Translations under genes and position numbers: made by a program
Notes under the pieces: generated by a model
Database searches by the model: none
The model's input: only the letters and a program-made list of their open reading frames with translations
What the model was told of the DNA's origin: nothing
Assembly (NCBI GenBank): GCA_036867785.1
Contig: CP145423.1
Coordinates: 620,001 to 684,000 of the forward strand
Origin: Plasmodiophora brassicae
Taxonomy: Eukaryota
DNA length: 64,000 nucleotides
Reading direction: 5' to 3'
Shown: positions 36,501 to 49,300 of the stretch, one piece after another
How positions within the stretch are numbered: position 1 is the first letter of the stretch
Layout of the letters: every line of letters starts with the position of its first letter

Positions 36501-38080
36501 AGATACGCCCTGCGAATTTCACCTTCCTCAAGAAGAAGTCGCACTTTTCCAGATTGAATTTCAGGTTATGCTTTTCAGCCAACCGCAGTGTCATGTCTAA
36601 CACTCTGAACCATTCTTGTTCAGTTTTTGCATGCCCCAGAATGTCGTCAATCCAGATGATGAGTGCCTTCATCAGTAATTCGGAGAATATTTCTGCCATC
36701 CGTGCCTGGAACTGTGGCGACGAATTCAACCCTCCCTGAATTGTTCTGGTTGGAGTGTATATTCCCCTGTCCGTTGCGAACGAGAATATTTCCTGACATT
36801 CCTTTGCCAGAGGCATTAACCAAAAGCCCTTGAATGCGTCCAAAGAAAACCAGTTCTTGGATCCTGCCAAGTGTTGCACAATGGCTTCTAGGAACGGCAT
36901 CGGCCATGCAGTTGCTTCGCATAATTTGTTGACCTCTCTTAGATCAACACACATTCGCCATCCCCTGTTTCCGGGTTTCCGTACTACAACCACCGGTGAG
37001 GCCCACTCACTGTTGTAGTTTTCATAGACCAACCCATATTTCTTCAACAGGGATACGAACTGTTCCAGGAACTCACTTTGTTCCTTGCTGTACCTCCGCG
37101 CCTTACAACGGTACGGTCGCGCTCCCTGCCTTAACCGCGTTCGGCAAGGTGTGACCTTGGCTGCCGGATCTGGTCCCAGCTTCGTTCTCCAGACATTCCA
37201 TCGTTTGAAGGCTAGCCTTCGGAGCCTCCGCTTCCACTTCCGTGGTAGCCCCTGGTCCATGGCTCGAGCGATCGCATTATCAATGCCTTCCCGAATGTCC
37301 TGCGGGACATTGTCGCCAATTGCGACGTCGTCGTCCCCATCCTGATCCCATTTGTATTCATCGCCGTCATCGTATGACTCGTCGCAGTTCATACTGGCAA
37401 TCAGGTATTCCAGAGCCGTTCGTGGGTCTATGCCCAGCTCTTTGAGTAAATCTTGACCCAGGTAGATTTCCTTCACATACTCCACGTCCCATACAAGACA
37501 TGTGTGTCTGCGGATCTGCAGCTCCCCAGCACGCGTATGCAAGAGGATGTCCACTTGAATCTCGTGGGTGGCCTGTCCCACTGCCTCCTCGCTATCCGCC
37601 AGAATCAGCTTGACTGGTTCATCCAGTCTCGTTAATTTGGTGTTTGGATCCATACCACATACCGCCTTGGCAACTGCCATGGGTATTAATGTTCTGTCAG
37701 CCCCACTGTCTAGTATGGCTGGCCGCGGCTCATCCAGCGCTGATAGCGTGACATTGATCTGGTTGGTGGCGCCAGCTGGTATTCCAGCCTCAATGTCCAT
37801 CGCAAGTTGTCGTAACTTGCACACCGCCGCGTGTGTGTTGCGAGTACCATTATCTGAGTCATCAGTGTACTTGCCACGCTTGGCCGGTTTATTCGTCTTT
37901 TTTGACTTAGCGTCCTCTCGTACTTTCTCGTACGCCGGCTTCTTGTCGTCAGCGGATGCTGTGGGACACTTCCGCAACGGATGTGGGCCTCGACAATGCC
38001 AGCACACTGGCTTTTTGTCTTCCGTTTCGGACGTTGGCTTCTTGCCTCCGGCGGCCGGGGTTCCGCCGTTCTCGTCGTCC
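33536..38080 (-). mobile_element. Ty3/Gypsy chromovirus-like retrotransposon body (Zn knuckle, protease, RT, RNase H, integrase, chromodomain), frameshifted and 5'-truncated
   Basis: CWHCRGPHPLRKC, ILDSGAD, WIDD, DAS...TDHRNL, LRDDFS...SDQ...VE and LLIKWRGFSNDESSWEP. Confidence 0.93.
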
Positions 38081-39780
38081 TGACGTGGCGTGCCTCTTCA
38101 GCATCAGACGGAGACGCTCTAATCCTGCGCGTGACATGCCGTTCTGCCGGGCTTCGTGCACGAGTTTGTTCAGCTCGATCTCGATCTCTCGCACGTTAAT
38201 CGGTCCGATATCGACGTCCGCTGTTGCCGGTTCATAGTCGTTCGTCGGGTGCTGATTGTGCGACTGGTCTCCCGTCAACGTTGCCATGCGCGTAACGATG
38301 TACTCCACGTTCTGAATAGAATCCACATCGACGAGTGCACATCCGGACTGGACCACCCTCGATAGCTGCTGAGCAGGACTAATGCCCAGAGCTGCCAACA
38401 GGTCGTTGCCGATGAGAGTGACTGTGACCGCGTCCGAGATGTAGAACTCCACGTTGAACAAGGTGATCTTGCCCACCGTCGTCTCGAGTGTCACTGGGAC
38501 TTTCACCATTTGATCGCATGATCCGATCGCGTGATCATCTGCTGCTAGGATCTCCCTCGCCGTCACGGGCTGGAAGATAACCTCACGGAGCTGGCTGGCA
38601 ACAGCGCTTGGCATGATGTTGCCGCCCCGGCAGCCGGAATCGAGTTCATATGGTACACGAACGTCTCCAATGACTAGCCACTGTTGGCCCCCCTCCAATT
38701 CAGGATAGCGTTGCACCTTCTTCACCTTTATTGGAGGAGGGCCCGCCCGGGCGTTCGCCTTCACCAACGCCCTGCACTCGTCCTCGCTGGGCTTGGTCGG
38801 ACAGTCGCGCAGCGTGTGGCGACCTTTACAGTGCCAACACGTGGGTGCGCGACTGAGCTTGGAGGCGTCAGCTGCGGGTGGAGCCGCCGCTGATATCGGC
38901 TTGCTAGGCTTCGGCGGAGGAGCGACTTTTGCTGGTGCAGGTTCGGATCGGTGGCGCTTGAATCGGTCCACTCGTGCTGCTGGGATAGCGCGCCCGGTAT
39001 CGGGACGGCCTCCACCTGCGGCGTGTTGCTTGTCATGCTGGCGAAGCTCGGCGACCGTGCGCTTAGGCGTGTTGCCTAGCGCATTGGCCTCGTTCTTGTG
39101 AGCCAGCAGGAACGCATCCGCCCAACGCTTCGCCTCCGCCTTCACCGCGACGATGTTGCCTTCGCGTGCAGGCTTATCATCCGTTACCCATCGTCGAAGG
39201 TGCTGGCGCAAGCGGAATGGCTGCATCGCGTCGACGAACAGGCTGACGCGCGCCTTCCTGCCCCCCACGCTGGACCGCAGATCATAACCCAGACGGTGCT
39301 CGTGCTCGTTGAGCGACTCCAGCACCGACTGGATCATGTCCCGCAAGGTGGCCAGGTTGACATTCATGTAAACATGATTCGCCAACCTGTCAGCCATCTC
39401 ATACGGCTGCAGTCCATGGCCGTCTCGCAAGTCGTTGATCGTGTCGACCATCCACTGCTTCAGAGTGGTCTCCGTCAGGTCGTCTACGGAGACCAACTCT
39501 AGTTCGTCCAGCGCGATCAGCTTCAATTGCGCGGCCGTGAAGCAGTGGACGACCGACTGCGGCTTGACCCTCTGGCTCGCAGGACGCTGCCGTTCCCGAT
39601 CGGTAACGACAGCACAGTACTTGTCGTACTGTTCCTGCAGCCGCTGATCGACGGCGCATCTAGCTTCTTCGTGCTCGGCAGCAAGAACGCGTCGCTTACT
39701 TGTGCGTTGTTGGTCATGCCGATGCTGGCTTATGTGCAGCGTGAGTAGAAGTCTAGTAGTGATGCTAAGTAGGTCGAGAA
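38081..39780 (-). mobile_element. Gag-protease fragment of a different Gypsy element
   Basis: CWHCKGRHTLRDC knuckle, LDSG protease, LIGNDLLAALGI; breaks off before RT and joins the next element, producing a chimeric ORF. Confidence 0.85.
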
Positions 39781-40420
39781 CCACTAAAGCTAGCTTTGAG
39801 GTCTTTTCCCAGAATAGTGAACCCTAGAACTAGCTGGATCACAGGCCATACTGGGCCTGTGTGGTATCATGCTAGTAGCCCATGACAGTGTCAACAGAGA
39901 TGCCAGTGGGGAACAGCGGGTGATGTCATGCAGTGACGTCACCAGAGCCAGGCTGATGTAGGGAATGAGACATAAATAGCCGGCCCATTTCTACACGCTC
40001 CATGTCCTGGACGGACACGATCTCACGGGTGGCCACCATGGAGGGCTGGTCGGAGGGGTCGGCGGCGGGTGGCGAACCGGCAGCAGCATGCGGCGTCGGC
40101 AACGATCGGCAGCGGATTCATCCGTGCCGCTGCGCGCGGTGGGCCAGAAGATGGGTGCGCCCAGCCAGCATCAGAGGCCCGTCAGGGTCAACGGTGGTCA
40201 GCGTCGCCGATATTGAGGGCCGCGCACCCTACAGTTGCAACATTCTCGTGACAGAGCCCCAGTCGGCGTGCAACAGACTGCCCACTGGAGTACGCCGGGT
40301 TGGGGGTTCGATTGCGATTTGCGCCACTGGCGTCGTCAGTCGCGCACCTCCCCTCGGCGACCCTGATCTGGGCCGCTGAGCACACGCTGCGCACCCATCT
40401 GGCTCGCCGCAGCGTCACAA

Positions 40421-41065
40421 ATGAATCCGGCGCCGTTTGTAGCGGACGCCGGCGTCAACGCTGTTCTGCCGGCGGTACCCATGGGGCCGTCGAGCGCGCG
40501 TGTCGGCGCCGCGCATCTGCGCATGCGGCTCGCAGAGGCGCACAACGCCTCGTCCGGCGGGCTCGCCGTCACGGCAAGTGAACTCGGCGATCACGTCCAA
40601 TTCATGGTCGCTTGCGCAAACGAGAACCTGCCCGGCGCCGTCGTCGCCGGTCCTGGACCGCCAGCCTGGGCAGCGCCTCTGCTGAACCTTCCGGTCCAGC
40701 TAGCGGCCCTGCAAGAGCACGTCGGGAACATGCAAGAGCAGCTCGGGAACATGCAAGAGCAGCTCGGGAACATGCAAGAGCAGGTCGCGGCCCTGCAAAG
40801 GTCGATGGTCGTTCTGGACGCGAAGATGGTGAATGGAATGATCGAGGAACCGGACGATGCCGTCGTTCCCGTGCCGAACGCAGCGGGCGAGGCCATACCG
40901 GCGGCATTCCCGGCCACCCGACGGCAGTTGACAGCGATGACCGGCGCCAATTGCAATACTCTACTGAACTACTACGGCCTTCCAACGGCCGGCACCGTCA
41001 CGGCGCGCCGTCGGCGTCTGGCGCGCCACCTCAGCGTGCACAACGTCGGCGTAATTGATCAGTAG
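40421..41065 (+). CDS. Protein with heptad coiled coil and Mug135-like C-terminal domain
   Basis: 21-bp tandem repeat encoding GNMQEQ(L/V) x3; C-terminus FPATRRQLTAMTGANCNTLLNYYGLP...RRRRLARHL resembles Mug135_C. Confidence 0.65.
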   Translation: MNPAPFVADAGVNAVLPAVPMGPSSARVGAAHLRMRLAEAHNASSGGLAVTASELGDHVQFMVACANENLPGAVVAGPGPPAWAAPLLNLPVQLAALQEHVGNMQEQLGNMQEQLGNMQEQVAALQRSMVVLDAKMVNGMIEEPDDAVVPVPNAAGEAIPAAFPATRRQLTAMTGANCNTLLNYYGLPTAGTVTARRRRLARHLSVHNVGVIDQ

Positions 41066-41131
41066 CACGGCTGTGATCCCGCTCGCGGTTCCTTCTTCTG
41101 CAGGGAGCTGGGACGGTCATACATTCAATTA

Positions 41132-41693
41132 CTAGCGGTTGCTTCGCCAATACATTCCACAAATCGTCTCATATCGGCTGATAGTGGGCCAGCCCCGCTG
41201 ATATGGCGACGATTTGAGGAATGCGCAGCGCAGAATAGATTCTATGGGCTGGGGGACGTCACTGTTTGGCACAGTGTGAATGAGCCCCAAACATGCAGTT
41301 CCAGAGGACTTAACTCCTGCCCGTATCTATCCATGCACTGTCGATGGTTCAATCGAAGACTTCGCGGAAGACGACAATCTTCATCTTGGCGAACGGTTTG
41401 CCGGTGCCGTCGGCGACCCTGATCTTCTCTGGGTGACGGCACGGGACAGGGCCACGTACAGCTGACCGTGGCTGAACACTTCGTGGCCAAGCCAGACGCC
41501 AACACGACCGAAGGACTGACCCTGAGCCTTGTTGGTCGTCATGGTGAAAGCCCCCGTGATGGGGATCTGCCTCCTTGCATAAGGTAAACGGGAGTCGCGG
41601 GTCGGATGAACGCATGGTGATCCGAGGGATGAGGACATCTTGGCCATCGAATCGACCGCCAACAATAGTGGCGGCCAGAACGGACCTGTGCAC
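41132..41693 (-). mobile_element. Helitron 3' fragment (Pif1-like helicase C-terminus, frameshifted)
   Basis: VLIPRIT...RRQIPITGAFTMTTNKAQGQSFGRVGVWLGHEVFSHGQLYVALSR...VVFREVF; possible CTAG|T end near 41132. Confidence 0.8.
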
Positions 41694-41829
41694 TTAGGGG
41701 TTTAAACGTGTCCAGACGTTGGCCGTCTCCGATCTGTCCAAATCGGGTCTGGAGCGGAGGATCGTGCTTATGATCTTCCATTCGCGCACGCTTGGTGCCT
41801 TGACTTATTTTGGTCAGGACAGGGACTCT

Positions 41830-43391
41830 AGCGCGCGGCACGTCGACGAGCTCGTCATCGACGTAGTGGCGCTCCTCAAGTCCCCCTGTACGTCGGCGTC
41901 ATCGAATGAAAGCTTCGCTCTCGAACTTTGCCTGATCGGCGCTGACGGTGGGCCGGGCAATTTCAGCGAGGCCTGTCCGGTTCGCGAACAAGCACCCCTT
42001 CGATGTCCTTCTTACGATATTCGCTATCGTCGTTCTCAGGTCGAGGTGTCAGGAGAACGCCGTCGACGACCGGATCGCGTCGATCATCCGACGCGTGCTG
42101 ATGATGTACCAAGACGCATTGGCGAAGCGCAGAAGTCCCATCGATCGATCTGGCCGGTGATGGCATGGCGTCCGATGATGTCGATGATGACGCCGTTGAT
42201 CAGGCCCGCAACGCCCCCGCCCGTCGAGCCGCTTCCTTGCTGCAGAACCGGGCGGCAACGAGCTCCTGGCGAACTGTACGTGTACTGTTGGCATGCACAC
42301 GGATTAGTAACCACTGTGGGCCTGAACAGAGTAGAAGGATCTGGATCCCATGTCGAGCGACGTTGACAAATTAAAAGAAGAGCGGTCCGAGGACACCAGC
42401 GACGTCTGCGAGTCGTCATCACGGTCGTGGGTCATTGGCTAGAAGGTATTGCGACCGGAGCGTGGACTGAAATTGGTGTGAGCAGATGCCCAAGCTGCAA
42501 AAGAGGCGATGGGCTGATGCCGCTGCACAAGTAAACCGCCCTGCTAAGAAGCCCAGAGAGGTACGAATTTGCCAATGCCGGTACTGAGGCGATCGAGACA
42601 TCTAACACGCCGCAGGATTCGCAGGTACACGAACATACTGCTGTCGGACGCGCGAGACGAGCGGGACGGTGATGACCACGTCGTCGACATATTGGCGGCG
42701 GTCCTCAGGTCGCTGGACGCAGGCGCGGTTTGTAGACCGGACCGCCCAACTAGGCCACGAGAGCAGCTGCTCTCGTGGCCTAGTTGGGCGGTCTGGTCTA
42801 CAGGTTGAGTGGGACGATTTCGCCCACGAACTCTTGCTGATCGGCGCTGTCGACGCCAAGCTCAGCGAGGTCTGGTGCGCGACGAAGCACACCTACGACC
42901 TCTTGCTGGTGGCGATCGAACTCATCGTCCTGACGTCGAGGCGCCAGTACGATGTCGTTGTTGAGCGGATCGCGTCTCTCGTTGCCCGGCTTGTGCCGAT
43001 GTACCTGGACGCTGTCCGAAGGCGGCGAAGCGGCATCGACGTTGCCGGTGCGAATGGATCTGAGGACGGCGGTGCAGGAGACGACGCCGGTGACGATAGC
43101 CGCCCCGTACGCAGGACAGCAACCAGTCGGCGGGCAGCAGTACTGCAGAACCGGTGGGCAATCAGGTCCCGACGAACTGTACGTGTACTGACGACATTCG
43201 CCTTGATTTGTGCAATCCTGCTGATCCACTGTGGGCCTGAACAGAGTACGATGGATGTGGACCCGATGTCGAGCGACGACGACAGCGACGCAGCGTCCCA
43301 GGACACGAGCGACGTTTGCGAGTCGTCCTCCATGTCGTCGGAGTACAGGGTGATTTGGGTTAGAAGGTATTGCGAGCGGGGTGTAGACTGA
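41830..43391 (+). pseudogene. Two tandem diverged copies of an unknown gene, both disrupted
   Basis: FALELCLIGA vs FAHELLLIGA, and DNA similarity 42240-42470 vs 43145-43390 (gcagaaccgg...cgaactgtacgtgtactg...ccactgtgggcctgaacagagta). Confidence 0.55.
42731..42802. mobile_element. 72-bp palindromic mini-element (TGT...ACA) with 4-bp TSD GGTT
   Basis: Near-perfect palindrome flanked by GGTT on both sides; its removal restores the frame LDAGAV-EWDDFAHELL. Confidence 0.85.
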
Positions 43392-43661
43392 ACCCCCGTG
43401 ACATTGCAGGCACCCAAGCTTACTTGCAAGCAAAAGAGGGTTCAAGTGGCTCTCCTCGCGAAACGCCCAGCGAAGAAGCGCAGACAGGTTTGCCAATTGC
43501 CAACGCCGGTACTATGGCGAGGGAGACAGCTGACATGCGTGCAATAACTGCAGGTTCACGAACGACCTGCTGTCGACCGTTCGAGCCGCCCCGAACGAAA
43601 CGTCCACAGCGATCCCGCCCAAGGGTCGGAACGTCCTGCGCAGGTACGAAACACTATCCAA

Positions 43662-44513
43662 TTGTCATCGACGCTGCTGAAGTTGACATTTAGGAGTGTG
43701 GTGCTGAGAGGCTATTCAATACTTCCAGCGGGCATATCGAACGTGGATGCGGCCGGCGTCTGCCGGCAGATTTGCCTCGCCATTGCACCGGTCCATATCC
43801 TGCGTCGTTTGCCAGGATGGAACCGCGTGCCGGGCGAGGCGCCCTGGGTGGGCCTGTTCAGCCGGGTGATGGACCCCCAACTGGATCCGAACGTGGCGTC
43901 GTACGCGCTTGTTGATCAGCTCATCAGCCGCCTGGGCAACGCCGACCGGGCGACACGGTCGTTTCCTGCCGGACATCAGCACGACGCAGACGACTTCGTC
44001 CTGGAACTGCTATCGCAGATGGACGCTTACCGTATGGTCGGTTCTGATGGACAACCGGTTGTTCGCAGTCTCGTCGAATTCGTCGAACACGTAATTGATA
44101 CGTGTGCGACAAGCGGCCACGCCTCGTCCCGCCCGCCTTGTCAGCAGCCCGTCGTCATATGCATGCTGCAGGGTTGCCACCGGCGAGTCAAACAGTCAAC
44201 GGTTCTGGTCGGGGAGCAGTCGGGGACGATAACCAGGAGGTGCACCTCCAACATTCCTTGCCAACCTGGTCACGATGTCGAGCACCGGTCGACAACGTTC
44301 CGCCACATGGCCAGGATGCCAACGCCGGGGTCACTGTTGAGTGTTCGGCAGGATCCGATGGAGATCGTCCAGCAACCCGGCCCTGACGGAGCGCAGATCA
44401 GCATGGCGCGTCGTAGGACCACGGTGGTAGGTGCAGGACATCAAGCGATGATGATGGGTGGATCTCTTGGATATCTGCCCGTTTTGAGCGGTATAAACGA
44501 CAACTTCATGTGA
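43662..44513 (+). CDS. Divergent ubiquitin-specific protease (peptidase C19)-like ORF, possibly partial
   Basis: GISNVDAAGVC resembles the Cys box and QHDADDFVLELL the QxD box; no clear His box. Confidence 0.35.
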   Translation: MSSTLLKLTFRSVVLRGYSILPAGISNVDAAGVCRQICLAIAPVHILRRLPGWNRVPGEAPWVGLFSRVMDPQLDPNVASYALVDQLISRLGNADRATRSFPAGHQHDADDFVLELLSQMDAYRMVGSDGQPVVRSLVEFVEHVIDTCATSGHASSRPPCQQPVVICMLQGCHRRVKQSTVLVGEQSGTITRRCTSNIPCQPGHDVEHRSTTFRHMARMPTPGSLLSVRQDPMEIVQQPGPDGAQISMARRRTTVVGAGHQAMMMGGSLGYLPVLSGINDNFM

Positions 44514-44550
44514 GTACTGTACATTAATCGGAGATACACACACGTCTGTG

Positions 44551-45900
44551 TCATCCAGTACCACTCTTCTTGCCTGCGCGCGGTGCCGCATTATCGTCCG
44601 ATGCGGTACGGTTGGCTTTCTTGGCGGGGTTCCTCTGCATTGATGTAGGGCGGGATGAGCCAGCGACAGAGGATGCGGCCGGAGCCCGAGGCTGACGTGC
44701 TGCAGAGGACTGGCTGCTAGACGCAACACGCGATGGACACCGCCTTAAAGTGATTGCTGTTGCACTACCCGGCCGAGCTTTCGCAGCAGCGACCGTCGGG
44801 CGCCATGTAGGAGCCGTAATCGCTGAATCTTGACAGCCGTAGTAAAGAGCGTTCTGCATAACGCGTTTAGCCTCGTCGTCTTGTCGCGACAAGGACACAA
44901 TGCGAAATTTTCGACGACCAGTTCTTACAAACTTGTAGCCAATTACGGGTAAAATACGACGTTCCCCACAGGTCAGCACGTGCAGCTGACGTGCCGCTGC
45001 AGAACTTGCCGGCGGTTGATGCACGCTAGTAATTTGACTACTGGCAGGTGCGTTTGCACTGGCGACCGAGGTCAACCTTGAATGTGGAGCTTGGGGGCGC
45101 TGCCCAGCGGCGCCCAAGGCTGGGGTGCGGGGTGCATTCATCGCTCGGTGCACATTCGAGACGATTCGTAAGGTGCTCGATACGGTAGTCACGTGGTCTC
45201 TGTTGGCAATGGCGGGCAAGGTCGGTGGGTGACGTTGACTGGACGCCGAGGCATCACCCCTCACCGATGAAACCCCATGCGCCGCCGAACAGTCCACAAT
45301 CAAACAGATGTGCTTGACGACGCGCTCGAGCTGCATGTTTCGGAAGCAAGGTCCGTTGGAGTCGAAGGTCGACAGAATCATCCCTCTCTCGTGTACCGTG
45401 TATGGAGGTGCGAATAACGTAAGGAAACGTGACCGCCCGTCCTTGCAGACCCAGATCGTCTCCAGCACCTTAACCTGGACCCACCGGCGGATCAGCTCAG
45501 GCACCCGGCCCTGCCGAATGCTGTCCACGACTGCGTCGGCATTCGTGATAATTTCCATCAGATCGAGGTTCGAGATTGCATGCGCGAAATTATCAGGAAT
45601 TGGCCATGCACGTCCCACCCGCGGCGACTCGAGGGCTGCCTTGTTCCAACAGGATGCATACACGTGCTGCAAATCGTAGGTAGCACCATCAGCCAGGTTA
45701 ACCATCATGTTTGTCACTCGTCTCGCAAGTGGGCACATGAAGATCGTCATGTTGGCAGCGTTCAGAACGTCGTTGGCATGCAAGGCTTGTCCATGCGTCA
45801 TCACAGGCGAGGTCAGGGCGCTCATCGGAAACACTGGAGGGTACACGGCCAGCGCACAGTGCGAGATGCTTACTGCGAGCATGATGGCAGCTAGTGCTCT
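44551..45900 (-). CDS. Hypothetical protein with signal-peptide-like N-terminus (exon structure unknown)
   Basis: ORF of ~450 aa beginning MRALAAIMLAVSISHCALA. Confidence 0.4.
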   Translation of the reverse strand, partial: RALAAIMLAVSISHCALAVYPPVFPMSALTSPVMTHGQALHANDVLNAANMTIFMCPLARRVTNMMVNLADGATYDLQHVYASCWNKAALESPRVGRAWPIPDNFAHAISNLDLMEIITNADAVVDSIRQGRVPELIRRWVQVKVLETIWVCKDGRSRFLTLFAPPYTVHERGMILSTFDSNGPCFRNMQLERVVKHICLIVDCSAAHGVSSVRGDASASSQRHPPTLPAIANRDHVTTVSSTLRIVSNVHRAMNAPRTPALGAAGQRPQAPHSRLTSVASANAPASSQITSVHQPPASSAAARQLHVLTCGERRILPVIGYKFVRTGRRKFRIVSLSRQDDEAKRVMQNALYYGCQDSAITAPTWRPTVAAAKARPGSATAITLRRCPSRVASSSQSSAARQPRAPAASSVAGSSRPTSMQRNPAKKANRTASDDNAAPRAGKKSGTG

Positions 45901-46371
45901 CATCGCTGACGAACAAGGTTCCAGTCGGGAGCCGCCTGCGTCTGACAACGATGTCGCCTGTGGAGGTGGTCCGCGGCTGCAGTCGCGCAGTTTCGCGTTC
46001 GAAAACGGGAGGTCCGCGATTTACCAGGATAACCCTGATCCTGGGAGAGTACAATAATTGTACATACGTTCGCACATTTTTGCGCGATCACGGATCTGAG
46101 CCCAAATGGGTCGAACGTACAATAATTGTACGTTCGCAGGCTAAATTCTGCTATTTTCAAAGCTGGATCGTGAAGAAACGGCAACGTTGTGAGCACTGCA
46201 AATCAGATCGCTCGCCAGCTTGAACGTTATATTTAGCGCCTGCAGAAAACAGCAGGTTGAATCGTACCGGGCGAGTGCCATTGTATCGGTGGTTGTCGAG
46301 GCGGTGTGAGCGGTGTTGCTAGACTGTGGATTGCTGTTTAGTGGTAGGAGAACGTGTCTAGTACGAGTCTA

Positions 46372-49300
46372 ATGGGCGACCTAGCGTCATTCTTCGAGGA
46401 TGACTGCCTTACCTCGAGTGACGAGAAGCAGCCCGGTGGCGACTCCGATCTGAACGAATCCGTTTGGCACCACAAGAAGCTGAATACTTCCAACATCACC
46501 TTCTCTACCACCAGTGTCGACGAGGAGCTGATGGCGGTCGCCAAAGAAGAAGTCGCTGCGGTGACGGCGAAGGTTCGTCGCGCGATTGGGAAAGAACACC
46601 CAGATCTCAGCGATTGCGTGAACTATTTCCTGAACGGCATCATCAACGAGCTCTTCGACGCACTGGGAGAAGGCGTTCCGACTTCTGAGACCATCACGGG
46701 AGAAGAGTTCACCCACTTCGTGAGGGTCCTGGCTTGCTTGTCGGTCTACAAGACGACTCCATCCGTCTTTTTCGACCCCGATCGTGCACACCTGTATCCG
46801 GCAGCAGCGAACTTTTCTCAGGATAGGTTCCGGGTGATCATGTCGGCGTTTAAAACGAAGCGTGGTTGTGATTCTTCAACGGTGACGACTTGGGATCGGC
46901 CGTTCTCAACCGACATCTTGATCCGACGAACCGAGGTCGCGTTTACGCGAACGTCCTGTGCGGTTGCGTTCGTGCAACCGAAGTCGATCCTGTCTGTTGA
47001 CGATGATCAGTACCGACTCACTTCTGCGTTGTCCGAAGAACTGCTCGGGATGACACGGGTCAGCAACGAGAAGAAGGCGTTCGGTATTGTTTCCACAAAC
47101 GCCGTTTCCTTGACGTCCGGCATTCTCCTGGGAGTGCGCCTTCTCGGGAAAGGCGAAGGCTACGGCGACGTGGTGCGAATCTTGTTGATGAACCTACATT
47201 CCGTACAGCTACCCGAGAACGTGCGAGGCACCAACCTCATCTGTTAAGAACGACAATAACGAAGTGATTTATTCCACCGACATCGGCGCGAGACGATGGC
47301 GACGTAACGCAGTGTAACAGGGCTTGCCAAAGCCGTTACCGGCAACGGCGACGGTGGCGGAGCCTCTGTTGTGGACGTGACACAGTCGCGCACCCACACA
47401 ATGTCATCGTGTGCCGGTGGTAGGACATGGTCCTCGACATCTGTCTCGATCGTGGGTATTTACAGCCAAACTTGATTAAGTACCTTATGTCATGCGGGTT
47501 CGAGATCCTTGGCACCCACAAACGGATGAAGACGTTTCCGTTTTTATTCCGTCAGGGTGCGTCGCAAGGCTTGATTGGAAACCAACTGTAAGCGCATTTT
47601 GAATTCCACAACATCGACCGGTTAAGGATGTCGACTTTGATAGGGTGGTCGCGGAAGCTGGCGCGAAATCCCTCTACGTCGCCAAATGCAAGTACGGCGA
47701 ACGAGCATTGTATGCTGTGGCGTTCCGTTCAGGAAGGGGACGGGTCGCCACCATGGTCACCAGCAATGCGAACTTTACATCGTGGGTGTGTAAGACGCAA
47801 GATGGTCGGAAGTGGAACCAGTCCCTTCCAGGGTCGCAGTTGATCCAAGACGCCATCGACGACCATGTCATTCCACTGACTGACGCTCAGAGCGGGCATG
47901 ATTGGCACATTGTTCGCACTGGCTGCTCTAAGTTCACATCGACTTTAGCAGCAGCTGCCGTTCGCGCATTCGCTCGTTCCCTCACTGACGACGATACTCA
48001 ACTTTTGCAAAGTCTCGGGATACGCTCTGCTGACGACGTCGACGAATCGCCGGTGGTTGAGTTTACTCGTGACGAGCTTAACGGAAAGACGGTGCTTGAA
48101 CTGAAAGAATTAGCGGCGTCTCTGAATCTGACGCGGGTCTCATCCGCTTCTAAGCCTACTCTGGTCGAGCGCATCTACGAATGTATGTCCAGTGTCAAGC
48201 TCGTGACGAAGCTGTTGCAACTGTGGTTCATGAAACCGGCACGAACACCAGCCATTAAAATGGGATCCGCCAACGAGGTTAACATAGCGATGGCTCTTGC
48301 TTCGTGGATGAACATCTACGGCAGCGGTTGGTCTGTTGCGAACGGCGAAATCGTTCATCGCGGTCTGCTCCAGAATCGCGAAGTTCCTGTGTTAGCGACG
48401 TCCATTGATGGGGCTGCTGTTCTGGAGAAAACCATCGATGACATCGTTGTATCGTCGTTGGTATGTGTAATCGAGTTCAAGTCGGCGACGGAGAACTCGA
48501 CGGAACGAGAGGCGCCCAGGTCACGATTACAAAGAGTTAGGGACATCGTTGGCGACAGCAACCGTCGAATGTTCGAATTCGACGCTCGTTCTCCACTGTT
48601 CAAAGCGACCGTCTGGACGGCCGAGTACCGTGGGCAATTGCTACACCACTGCGCGACGACAAAGTGCAACTCAGCGCTGTTCGTCAATGCATCAGGCCAA
48701 ACGGTCGTCTACGCGGCGCTTGTATCGTTCAGCCCAGAAAGCCTGCAACAGTACCAAGCAATGATCGCCCGCCTAGATGCCGGCAGCCCTTGCTGACGGA
48801 AAGAGCACTTGAAAGCTATCCGCCGCACGTCTTCGGTCATGCGGTTGACGCGTCAACGTTCACGCTTTGGCGCGACCTCGCATGTGCAATATTGAAACGA
48901 AGGGACGAAGGTCGACCGCTTCCGCCTCTCCATGACGTTGTTCCCCACGTTGTGTCGATGCGGAACCACTGCAAAGGCGGCCAGGATGTCGTTTCCCGTC
49001 AGCTCAAGAACGTGAAGGTGGACTTCCGGTCTCTGACGCCGAGAGGTTTCATATATGTCCGATTTATCATGTCAGCGCTGCTGAACGCGCACATGCTGCA
49101 TCGACTGCTGATGAATTCGGACACGATCTGCAGTTTCGGTAGCTATGGAAGACGTTCCTCAATCACCAGAAGTCATTCAGCGACTTTCTTTGTGACGTCA
49201 TCACACACTGGGTACCATCGCAGAGAATGGTGTCAGGGGAACTTGTCGTTGGGCAAGCCAGCATCGCCACGAGCGCTCTTGGTTCTCCTCGCGTACCGCG

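Noticed and set aside
41691-41704. Telomere-like TTAGGG
   Set aside because: Single unit, no array.
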